Origin: the human T2T-CHM13v2.0 reference genome, Homo sapiens
Assembly: GCF_009914755.1 (NCBI RefSeq)
Contig: NC_060940.1
Strand: one strand, 5' to 3'
Length of the DNA: 64,000 nucleotides
Of this stretch, positions 1-11,762 are shown piece after piece; position 1 is the first letter of the stretch; each line of letters begins with the position of its first letter. The notes under the pieces were generated by a model. That model made no database searches and was not told where the DNA came from. It worked only from the letters and a program-made list of their open reading frames with translations. A program made the position numbers and the translations under genes.

Positions 1-1315
1 CACCTGCCCTGTGTTGAGCTCTGAGGACGCGGGCAGGCTGCACGTTTCATCTCCTGAAGTGGGAGCTGCTGTGGCTTCCATCTGTAGACCGGGAAACTGA
101 GCACAGAGAGTGGAGTGACTTGCTCGAGGTCACACAGCAAGGACGCAGCAGCTGTCAGCCTGCCTGGCCGTGGGTTGGCCTGCTCCAGCTGTTGGCATCA
201 CTGGGCAGAGAGAGGGTCCCCAGAGAGGCTAGGGGGGTTCTTTGCTAGCCCCGGGCATGGGGAGAAAGCAGCAGAGAGCAGCTGTGGCTCACAGATGCCC
301 CCAGCCACTGGGGGCCCAAGTGCTCTGTCGCCCACCTGGAGAGTCCCCACGGACCCCAGGTGGGCCACAGACGAGACCGGTGCTGACTTAGGGGCTCGGT
401 GGGGACCAGGCAGCTGCTCTCAGACACCGAGGCAGGCCCAGGGCAGCATCCACCTCGACACATCCTATTTGTGGGCTGACAGTTGTCTCCTGCATTATCA
501 GAGCCGTTTTAATTGTGCTGGAACTGAAATTAGCCTGGCAGCCTCTTTCTCCACGCTCATCACCACGGCTTTGTGTGGAGCAGGAGCCTTTGTTCTTGTG
601 TAAATAGGAGAACCCATCACCATCCCAGCACCTCCCTGGGTGTCTGAGGCCCACCTGGGTGGGGTATGGAGAGCCAGCCCACCTTCCTGAGGCTGCAGCA
701 GGTATGCACAGGGCTGTGTCTCCTGTGGGCCCCAGCCCCAGTGCTCTGGTCCCCGAAGTCCCTGAAGGCAGGTGGCCTCCAGCCCATTTGCCAGAGCAGG
801 TCACTGAGGCCCTGATGCCCTACAGCTGCTCAGCAGGAGGAAGCACAGCTCCTGGGCAGCCCCTCCCAGCTCCATGCCAGCCACAGAAAGCCCGGGCCTC
901 TAGAAGGGGGAGGAGCCGGGCTGAGCTGATCGTTCCGCGTGCTCCCGCCAAGTCGGGGATGGCCGAGCACCTCCTGACCTTCTGGATGGCACTGCCTGCT
1001 CAGGGCCGACCCCAGAGGTGGGGAGGGGAGGCCTCGGTGGCTGCTTTTCTGCCCTGGCGTGTGCTGAGGGAGGGCACTCGGGTTGGGCCTCCTGTCCCAG
1101 GGGCAGGAGTTGAACCGGTCAGGGGTGGCCCAGCCTGCCCTGGAGCCTGCCCGTGTGGGCGCTTTAATGGGAGGCTGTGAGCCCTCGCCTGGGGCTGGCT
1201 CCTGTGTGGTCTGAGCCCAGCCCCCTCCTATAATTACAGCTCTGAGGTGCTCTGAGGAGGCCGGGACTCATGGGTCCCAGCTAGAGCCCCAAAGGCTGCA
1301 GCTAGGAGAGTCCAG

Positions 1316-1400
1316 CCTGCCCCTCCTGTCCAGGACCCCCCATGGCTCCCCGGTGGCACCTGCCCCTCCTGTCCAGGACCCCCCATGGCTCCCCGGTGGC
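1316..1400 (+). repeat. Two-copy ~43-bp tandem duplication
   Basis: cctgcccctcctgtccaggaccccccatggctccccggtggc repeated twice. Confidence 0.85.
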
Positions 1401-3527
1401 CCCAGGATGAGGGTCCCCTCCTCCCCGTGGCCTCTGAGGTCAGCACGGCCAGGACCCTGCCTGCCCTCAGCCTTGACTGCCAGCACACCCTGGCCCCCGA
1501 CCTCCCCTTCCTCCACCACCTCTGGCCCCGCCCCAGGGCCTTTGCACATATGGCCCCCTCTGCCAGAGCTGTCTTCTCAGGGGCTGGTCTCACAACAACC
1601 ACTGTTCCCTCCGAGATCTACCGGCGGCAGCCCCTCCCATCCCCGTGTTTTTCTGTCTTTCTCTCATGGCCCCTTCCCTCACTGCACTTCCAGAACTTGC
1701 CATTGTTTTCGGCCGGGGCCCATCTGTTGTTCTCTGACTGTCCCCACAGTGGCCCGGACACCCAGGGCAGTGTTCAGCGATCTGGTGCACCCCTGCATCC
1801 TGGAACGGCACCTGGCACCTAGCCCTCGGGTGTCAGCAGAAGGCAGAAAAGGCATCTGCCCCTCCAGGAGCAGTTTGGTTTGACGGCATCAGCCAGCCAC
1901 AGCCTGCTCATGATCAGAGAGGGGGCTGGAGTCCAAACGCGCAGAAAATCCACCTTCCCGCCTCCCTGCTGCATGGAACGGCGGGGTCAGCCTTGGACAT
2001 CAGCCTGAAACTCAGTCACAGCATTTCTCCTTCTCTCGCATCTTCGGGGGTCTCTGACATGAGCCTCTGAACCTGGCGTTGGACGCTGGCGGGTGGCACG
2101 TTTCTTACTGGCTGGGCAGGTGTTTCGGGCGTTAGCAGGCTCCACCTCCGACCAGCCCATCTCCCTCCCATCTTCTGCCTTTCCCTGGAGAAACAAAGCA
2201 AAGCAGGGATCATGAGGGGCTGTGAAGGAGGACAGTGGGGATTCGGAGAGAAGCTCTTGAAGCTGGGCACATGTGGGCGCTTCGGTGTGTTTTTCTGGGG
2301 AGGAGGCACCAGGTTTCATCAGATTCCCAGAGGGGCCATGAGGCAAGACAAGCCAGGAACCACCTAGCCAGAGGCGCAAACCCCGAACAGTTCTCCATCC
2401 GTGCGGCTTGCTTGCCTCCAGGGATGGGGCGCTCAGCCCTCAGGAGGTGGTTGTTCCAGCCTGCAACGCTCAGGCCTTCCCTCTGGTGTCTTCTGTTCTG
2501 CCCCACCCCCACTCTGCCCCATCAGCTCCCCTGACACGTGAACTCAGACACGCGGTTTCCAGACTTTTCTTATTCATTATTCTGCTGTGACCATGGGGCT
2601 TGGCGGCCGCAGGACCTGGGGTCTGGGCTCAGGAGGGCCACGGCCCCTCCCACTCCTGAGTGTGTCGGGAGGCTCTGCCCCCATCGTGCTTCACACAGGA
2701 CAGTAGAAGGCTGGGCGGGTCAGGCCTTGTGGAGTATGGGTGCAGAGGGGGCAGTCGCAGCACGCAGGCTGAGTCAGGGCCTGGGGACCTGGGGAGCAGT
2801 CAAACAGGATATGGAAGGGCACCTCTGTCCTCTGTTCACACTGGACACCATCACCCATCACCAGCCCCGCCGGCGGATGTCAGCACACACACCTGCACTC
2901 AGCGCCACTCCACAGCCACTGTGGGGTCCGGAGCAGCTGCCCCCGCACTTGGGCCGCGTGGCCTTGTCTCAGTCTGCCTTGTCACCTGTCAGGTGGACTC
3001 CTGGAGTTCCCCCACCCCGATGTGTGAGTCTCTGAGGGACCCAGGCCCTGAGGCACTCCACCCCCAGGTGCTGCAGACACCTGTGCCCTGCTTGGTTTGT
3101 TCGCTCGACAAGTCTGTGAGCGCCTCCTTTGTGCTGGGTGAGGGTGTCACCCCAGGGAGTTCCCAGACCGAGGGAATGAGTGTGAGGGAAGTGCACGGGG
3201 ACTGGGCCCCTGGGCGGGGCACTGGCAGGTGATGCCAGGCGGAGGCCGTGGCGACGGCGACCCTCAGGGCCTGGATGGACGCTGGGCCTACAGTACAGGG
3301 AGGGCCCACTCGCAGCTCCAGGGCTGCCAGAGCAGGTGGGGGCCTGTCCCCTGGTGCTGGGGGGAGCAGGTGGGAAAGAGACACGGGGTCCGCGGCCCTT
3401 CTCTGGCAAGAGTGGAATCCGTGGGCGTGGTGGAGGCCAAGGGTCACGGCAGGTAAGGGTGGGCGGAGGCGACCCTGCAGCTTTGGAAATGTTGCAGAGG
3501 GTGGGGGTTCGTCAAGAATCATCAGGT

Positions 3528-3891
<364 letters not shown>

Positions 3892-4026
3892 TGAGGGATG
3901 ACCCTCACCCCCACCCATTGCCATTTCCGCCTGGGCACCGGGGCTGTACCTATGCCAGGAGGGGTCAGGAGGCAGGAGCTGTCCCCCCAGAGCTCCTCCC
4001 GAACCCCCATCGTCTTGTGTCCACAG

Positions 4027-4131
4027 GTTCCCTCGGAGACATGGAGGCCAGAGAGGAGGTGCAGTTGGTGGGTGCCAGCCACATGGAGCAAAAGGCCACG
4101 GCACCTGAAGCCCCGAGCCCTCCCAGCGCAG
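4027..4131 (+). CDS. ZFPM1: FOG1 / zinc finger protein ZFPM1, coding exon 2 (105 nt)
   Basis: ccacag|GTTCCCTC...GCAG|gtgagt; translates [34 protein letters not shown], matching human FOG1 just after the N-terminal NuRD motif. Confidence 0.97.
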
Positions 4132-4536
4132 GTGAGTCAGACTGAGCCCTCTCACCGCGCCTCCAGCCGGGGCCTCCATTGCTTACCCGTACCATGCCCT
4201 CAGAGCTCAGTGGTGTCTGAGAGGTGTGGGCCAACTATATGCAGGAGTCCAGGACAGGCGTCTTCCAGCCAGAGGCCTGTTGCCCGGAGGCCCTCGGTGG
4301 GGCTGGGGGGTCTCCAGGAAAGGGGAGATGTGCACACCTGCTGCATGTGCAGCCTGAAATCCAGCCCTCATACAAATGAGCAGACCAAGGCCCAGATGGG
4401 GCAGGTCTGGCCCTGGGTTGGATGGGAATCCATGCCCCTCCCAGCCTCAGTAGACCCTCTGTGAAGTGGGGACCATGAGGCCCCCTCCCTGGGGCTTGTT
4501 GAGCTGTGATCCCTGCTGGCATGCTGCTTGGGCTGA

Positions 4537-4964
4537 GTGCACAGTGGGTGCTGGGTGCAAGTGGGTGCTGGGTGCACAGTGGATGACCGCTGGGTGCAAG
4601 TGGGTGCTGGGTGCACAGTGGGTGCTAGGTGCACAGTGGATGGGTGCTGGGTACACAGTGGGTGCTAGGTGCACCATGGGCGCTGGGTGCACAGCAGATG
4701 GGTGCTGGGTGCACAGTGGGTACTAGGTGCACAGTGGATCGGTCCTGGGTGCACAGTGGGTGCTAGGTACACAGTGGGTGCTGGGTGCAAGTGGGTACTG
4801 GGGGCACAGTGGATGCTGGGTGCACAGCGGATGGGTGCTGGGTGCACAGTGGATACTGGGTGCAAGTGGGTGCTGGGTGCACAGTGGATGCTGGGTGCAC
4901 AGCAGATGGGTGCTGGGTGCACAGTGGATGCTGGGTGCAAGTGGGTGCTGGGTGCACAGTGGTG
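4537..4964 (+). repeat. Minisatellite, 17-22-bp variant units (GGGTGCACAGTGGGTGCT-like)
   Basis: Repeated ggtgcacagtggg/gatgctgggtgca units. Confidence 0.95.
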
Positions 4965-6344
4965 TCTCCTGCTAAGACACCACACCCCATTCACAGACCA
5001 GAGAAGTTTGGTGACTTGCCAGGGTCACTCAGCTCGCAAGTGCCCTAGTGGGGGTCCCACCCAGGTCTGGGTTTAGCCTGATTTCCTCCACCCTCACAGG
5101 CACCTCCACATTCCCTGGGCCCTCCTGGTGGCCAATTCCATGGGGCAGGGCATTTCCCAAGCCGGAAGGAGGGCCTGCCCTCCCAGGAGACAGTTAACCT
5201 GCCATAAGGAGGCCTGCTGGAGCCAGCTGTACCCCAGACACATCCAGAGACCCTGGGAGAAGGGGCCTCCCTGGGACAGAGGTGCCAGGAGAGGTCAGCA
5301 TGCTCACCCCCATTTTCCAAGGTCCGAGAGAGACAGCAGCAGGTTGTGGGGTGGGCTCCACCCAGCTCCCCCACACTCCACTTGCAGCCCCAGGCACCAA
5401 TCTCATACCTACCCCATGCCATGAAACCCTTTGCACACAGACTGTGAATTACCCCCACTCCAACGTGGAGGGGATGTGGCCATACCCGGACCATTTGGGA
5501 GGATGCTAGGTGGGTGACATGAGCTGGGGTGGAGGAGAGATGGATGCGTGGGGCTGCCCCTGACGGGCGGAAGAATGCCAGGAGGCAGTGACAGCAGGTC
5601 CAAAGGCTCCAAGGCCAACGGGGGTGGGGGAGAGGTTTCAGAGGGGTCTGCAGCCGAGGGGCTGGGGTGGAGATCCCAGGCAGACCTTGGTCCCTGGCTT
5701 GGGAGCGGGATTTCTCAGTGGGGACCCCCACCCCAGCATTTCCCAGTCTGAGTGTCAGGGTCCCCGCTGGGTGGGCCGCGGCCCCAAGAGCCCAGCAGGC
5801 CTCACCCCCATCTGCACATGCCCAGCCTGCTGCGCCTGGGCCCCTTTTTCTGGCAGGCAGCAGGCCCTGGGGTCACCAGAGCCAGTGGGACTTGACCCCA
5901 GGGCTGGGGCCGCCATCTCCCCTAGCTCACCCAGGGACATCCCAGCCCCAGGACGGCCAGGCCAGGTGCAGGCGTCCAGCCCAGCCTCTGGTGAGGCCTG
6001 GGACCCGCTGGCTGCCACTCCTCCCTGTCCTTGCCGCCGTCCCCGTCGGCACACGCTGCTCGTGGTACAGCCAGAGCTCTCCCTGGCCAGTCCCGGGGCC
6101 GGGCTCTTAACCCTCGCGGAGCCTCCGTTACTGCACATGTGAGCTGGGTGCGAGTCCCTTGGTGGCTGGGGGGAGAGAGCACGTGTAGCACATGTGGACT
6201 CCGAGGCCCTTGGCTGTCACCGCCGCCAGCCTTAGTGCCGCACGCAGGTGCCGCCGGCAAGCTGCAGGGCGCCCTGATGGAGGGGCCGCAGCAAAGGGCA
6301 GGTGGAGGTGGACTTTGACCCGGGCCGGCTTCCCGGGGAGCCAG

Positions 6345-6915
6345 GCTCCTTATCTGATCTAGGAGCCAGGGCCGCATGGGGGCGGGGGTGGGGCCCGGGA
6401 AGGAGCTGGAAAAAACAGCCAGGGCTGCACCTGGCACCGCCCGTAGTGATAGCGTGGCGATGGGCGCGATAACACAGCAGCGCAGGAGCTGTCTGCCGCT
6501 TGGCGGGTCCAGCGAGGCTCCCTCGCGGTGGCTGGAGCTCAGATGCCAGCCACTTTGATTTATAGCCAAAAATAATAGGACTTTTACACTGTGTGATTGA
6601 CTTATTTGATGTTAATCGCAGCCCTTATCGCGGGTATTAATAATCTGTAGACACGTGACGTCATGGGGTGGGGGGGCTTTATGGGATCGCATCGATCGGG
6701 GCCGAGGTGGTTATCAGGCCAGCTGGGAAGGCAAACATGCCCTTTGGGCTGGAATCGGTGCAGGGCCTGGTGGAGGGGCCCCCAGCTGCCAGCAGAGGGG
6801 ACCAGGGAGCTGGCGACGGCGCATGTGCCTGCTGGCCGGGACAGGCCAGTTGGCCATCCTGTACCCTGATTATCAACAGCAGCTGGAATAACAATTATCT
6901 TTGAAGCAATTAATG
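6345..6915. promoter_or_regulatory. GATA-motif cluster / candidate enhancer, intron 2
   Basis: TTATCT 6350, TGATAG 6447, CGATAA 6467, TTATCG 6625, TTATCA 6711, TGATTATCA 6867, TTATCT 6895; CACGTG/TGACGTCA 6652-6663; AT-rich non-repeat block. Confidence 0.75.
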
Positions 6916-7118
6916 AGGGGAGAGGGGTTTTAAAAGAGCAAGAGGAAAACTTGGATGTCTGTCCCACCCCAGTGAGAGCGCACCAGGAGATGGGGGTGGC
7001 TCTGGGCCCGAGCTCCCCAACCCGGCGCCCAGCGCCTCAGCATCCTTCCCAGCTACAGGGAGGGGCAGCTCAGTGCCCGGCACTCAGCAGGGATGTGACG
7101 GTGTTTTCCTCTCTGCAG

Positions 7119-7241
7119 ATGTTAACTCACCCCCACCGCTGCCGCCCCCCACATCCCCAGGAGGCCCCAAGGAGCTGGAAGGACAGGAACCAGAACCCAG
7201 GCCCACGGAGGAAGAGCCGGGCAGTCCCTGGAGCGGGCCAG
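7119..7241 (+). CDS. ZFPM1: ZFPM1 coding exon 3 (123 nt)
   Basis: ctctgcag|ATGTTAAC...CCAG|gtaacc; DVNSPPPLPPPTSPGGPKELEGQEPEPRPTEEEPGSPWSGP, in frame with exon 2 (phase 1). Confidence 0.96.
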
Positions 7242-7962
7242 GTAACCACGCGGGTGGTGGGGGCAGCAGCATCGCCTCCCGGGCAGCCTGGCCCGGCCCC
7301 TGGGAGCAGGGCGACGTGGGTGCTGGGGCAGGTGTGCAGGTTGCTGGAGACCCACCAGGCCCAGGCCTGTGCCTAGTCCAAAGCTCAGCCAACCCGTGCA
7401 GCTGGTGGTATCACTGGAGCTTGGCACCCTCGCGCCAATCCCGGGCCTCACGTGGTGTACAAGGAAGCGCTGGGGGGTTCCCTGGATCAGAGCCTGGTCT
7501 GGGCCGCGGAAGAGGATCCAGAGTGGTGGCTGGTAAAGAATCCTCAGAGGCAGGAAAGGCAGGGAGGTGGGAACAGGAGGCTGCGTCTGAGCTGCCCGGG
7601 CCCGTGGCCTTCCCAGCTGGGCCGGGATTCAGAGCTGTGCTGAGGTGCCCAGGCAGGCGGTCAGGCCTGAAGGGCAGGAGAGGGCCCCACCCCACTCCAG
7701 AGCGGCTGCAGCCTATGGGGACGGAGTCCCATCCACATACCCCGCGGGGCCTGGGCCACAGGGTGTGTCCTAGAGGGTGGTTTGGTGACTCTGCTCCGTG
7801 ATTTGCAGCTGGAGTTCTGACCCCAGAAGTCCCATGAACGTGTTCTCCCTGTGGCCCCTTCGGGGACTGTGAATTCCATTCATTTATGAACGCAGGAAAT
7901 ACTGGCAGTCAGGTTGTTTCTGTCGTTCCTAATAAATCCCACAGCCCAAGGAACCGCAGTAG

Positions 7963-8438
<476 letters not shown>

Positions 8439-9087
8439 AGCAAGCATTTATTGAGTGCCTGCTGTGTGCCAGGCATATAGCCGGGAGCAGATGGCCGATG
8501 CAGAGCGCGCAAGCGGCCGTAATGACACCAGCAGGGCCCCGTCTGTGGAGAGAAGATGCATGGTGAGGCGCTCGCCGTGCTGGGGAGCGGGAAAGGCTTC
8601 GCTGAGGCAGAGGGACCACATTCCTTCCCAGGGGCCAAGATGGAAAGGGGTCAGCGAGGTCCCAGCAGCAAGGGGAGAGTGCACGATGGGTCCATGTGCC
8701 CGCCGGTGCAAGTAGGCAGCCGCTTGTTTAACGCTGCCCCTTCCCACAACAGGGCAGCCGGGGCCACAGAGAGAGGGGTGGGCCTGGGCAGCCGCAGCCA
8801 GGAGGATGACCCGGCCCCATGGGGAAGCTGAGTTACACCTGCATGGGCTGTGGGGCTGCCCAAGGCAATGCTGGGGCCTCATGGCCACCGGTCCTCACGG
8901 GCTCCCCCTGCTGTCCCCCAGGAAGGGGGACCGGGCATCCAGCACAGCAGATGATGTGACTTGCCCACCTGGGACCCACAGATGGTGGGGGTTCCAGGCG
9001 CCATGGTAGAAACTTGCTGGCTGCGTCCCTTCTCCTCAGGGACACCAGGTGGGGAGCAGGCCCAGGACACACCTGTCGGGGGTCAGA

Positions 9088-9221
9088 CAGGCGCTGGTGC
9101 CTTCGGGGCTCTCGGTCAGGCGCTGGTGCCTTCGGGGGTCTCGGTCAGGCGCTGGTGCCTTCGCGGGTCCCAGTCAGGCGCTGGTGCCTTCGGGGGTCCC
9201 AGTCAGGTGCTGGTGCCTCAG
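9088..9221 (+). repeat. 29-bp minisatellite, ~4.5 copies
   Basis: caggcgctggtgccttcggggg(t/c)c(t/c)c(g/a)gt. Confidence 0.9.
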
Positions 9222-9829
9222 GCCTTCGCTGCGGAGTCAGCATGACAGGGAGGCCTTTTCACTTGCAGGGCAGCACTGTGGGGTCGGGAGGGGCCGCCCT
9301 GACTGCCTCAGTGTCCCCTGCTGTAGAATAGGGTAGCGGGTAGCAGGGAGGGCGCCCACAGGCCCCCCTCGGGCCCGCAGAGCTCCCACACTCTATCAGT
9401 GGAGACCACCCACGCAGTGGCAGGGACCATTGTGTACCTGTGGGACCCAGTTGGCCACTGGGCAAACAGGGTGCTGGGCAGTCCTCACACCAGCCCCAAG
9501 AGGGGCCGAGATGGTGACCCAAGTCTCTGGAGGAGGAGACCCAGCCCGGGGATGCAGGACGCATCCACCGTCATGCGGCTGGGAGGTGGTGGAGCTGGGT
9601 TTAGGCCTGGAGTTCATAGACACTGGTTTGATCGCCACCCCAAGGGTCCCTGTCCATCCCTGCGGTGTTGAGAGGGGTTAGATCATCCTCCTGTTCTCCA
9701 GACGGAGAAGGCCCTGGGGGATGGAGCCTGGCGCCGGGAAGGGCCGGGCCCCTGAGGCCGGCCGTGGTTTGGGGCTGGGGCACACCCCCGAGCTTCCTGT
9801 GCTGTGTGCATCCTCAGGACCAGGCGGTG

Positions 9830-9990
9830 CCCTATCGGCTCCCGCAGATATGAATTTCTGTGCAGTGGGCGGTGATGGGCTGATACGCGGCCGCTGGCCA
9901 ACCGCTGCAGTGGCTACGGCCTATCAGACCCACACAGGCTGAGCTATCACCCGCGGGGAAGCCAAGGAGGCTCTGTGGGCTGTTATCTCT
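9830..9990. promoter_or_regulatory. GATA-motif cluster, intron 3
   Basis: CTATCG 9832, CTATCA 9921 (CAG 8 nt downstream, TAL1-GATA half-E-box spacing), CTATCA 9944, TTATCT 9983. Confidence 0.65.
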
Positions 9991-10149
9991 CGGGGCGGCC
10001 CGTGCGTCGATGGCCAGCAGGGTCAGTGGCCCCAAGGGCAGTGCCCAGCCAGGTGACCGGTCCAGTGGCCAGGGCACAATAGGGGATCAGCCACATTTGC
10101 CCTGCTCCTCCTGAGCATCTCTGCCTTCTGTCTCCAGACCCTCTCTCTG

Positions 10150-10345
10150 ATGCTCCATCTTGTGTGAGCCCCTCTCTCTCTCCCCATCCCTCCTCGCCTT
10201 CTCCCTCTCTCCCTTCCTCTCTCCCTCTCTCTTTGCCGTTCTCCTTCTCTCTTCCTCCCTCCCTGCCTCTCTTTCTCTCTCTCTCTCTCTGTCTCTCTCC
10301 ATGCCTCTCTCCCTCACCCGTCTCTGCCCCTTTCTCTCCCAATTT
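10150..10345 (+). repeat. CT-rich polypyrimidine low-complexity tract
   Basis: ctctctct/ctccct runs. Confidence 0.85.
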
Positions 10346-11008
10346 CTGTTTTATGGTCTCTGGCCCACAGCTGCTCCCCACCCCACCCAATCCCAAGGGT
10401 GGGAAACAGTGCAGGCCCCAGCCCTTCTGAACCTGCCCCAGCCCCTCTGAACCTGGCCTGGGGCCCTGTTCTTGAGGCGGCCTGGGAGGTGCCGTCCTCC
10501 TTTCCTATCTGGGGTGGAGGGAGCACCAGCTCGGACCAAGGGGCACTCTGCACCTTGTGGCTTTGGGGAGGTGACTGGGCCCTGAGTCTGTTTCCCATCT
10601 GTCCTGCATGTGGATGGGACCCGGTCACGCTGCAGAGCCCAGAGCCCAGGGCCCTCATCTGCTGGCTGGACCCGGACTCACAGGTATCCTGGGAAACCCC
10701 CCAACCCCGACCCCGGTTAGACCCATTTCCCAGGGAAAGCGACTGGGACTTGTGGACATCCAGAAGGTGGACGGTGTTAGCCCGGCGGAGAGGCCCGGCC
10801 TTGGTGCCTCTCCCAACAGCTCCACCATGGGTCCAGCCAGGCTGCCCTGTCCCTGGTGGTCCCAGACTCCCTGGAGGCACTCATGTAACATCAGGCAGAG
10901 AGGAGGCCTCCCAGCCCCTCTCCTTCTCCCAAGGGACACCCAAGAGGCCCCCAACACCCGCTGCACACATAAGTGAGTTCCTGGGCACACAAGGACTTTG
11001 TAAGCACC

Positions 11009-11762
11009 GGAGAGCTGTCCCGGGGAGCAGAGACCTGTCCCAGGGTGTGGGGAGCTGTCCCAGGGAGCAGAGAGCTGTCCCAGGGTGTGGGGAGCTGTCC
11101 CGGGGTATGGAGAGCTGTCCCGGGGTATGGAGAGCTATCCCGGGGTGCGGAGAGCTGTCCCGGGGTGCGGGGAGCTGTCCCGGGGTGCGGGGAGCTGTCC
11201 CGGGGTGGGGGGAGCTGTCCCGGGGTGGGGAGAGCTGTCCCGGGGTGAGGAGAGCTGTCCCGGAGTGAGGAGAGCTGTCCCAGGGTGCGGGGAGCTGTCC
11301 CGGGGTGGGGAGAGCTGTCCCACGGTGAGGAGAGCTGTCCTGGGGTGCGGGGAGCTGTCCCGGAGTGAGGAGAGCTGTTCCGGGGTGGAGAAAGCTGTCC
11401 TGGGGTGTGGGAAATTGTCCCGGGGTGGGGAGACCTGTCCCGGGGTGGGGAGAGCTGTCCCGGGGTGGGGAGAGCTGTCCCAGGGTGCAGGAAGCTGTCC
11501 CGGGGTGCGGGGAGCTGTCCCGGGGTACGGAGAGCTGTCCCGGGCTGCGGGGAGCTGTCCCGGGGTGGGGAGAGCTGTCCCGGGGTGGGGAGAGCTGTCC
11601 CAGGGTGCGGGGAGCTGTCCCGGGGTGGGGAGAGCTGTCCCGGGGTGTGGTGAGCTGTCCCGGGGTAGGGAGAGCTGTCCCGGGGTACAGAGAGCTGTCC
11701 CGGGGTGCGGTGAGCTGTCCCGGGGTGCGGGGAGCTGTCCCGGGTTGCGGAGAGCTGTCCTG
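11009..11762 (+). repeat. 20-bp VNTR, ~38 copies (CGGGGTGNGG AGAGCTGTCC)
   Basis: Units stay exactly in 20-nt register over 750 bp. Confidence 0.98.
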
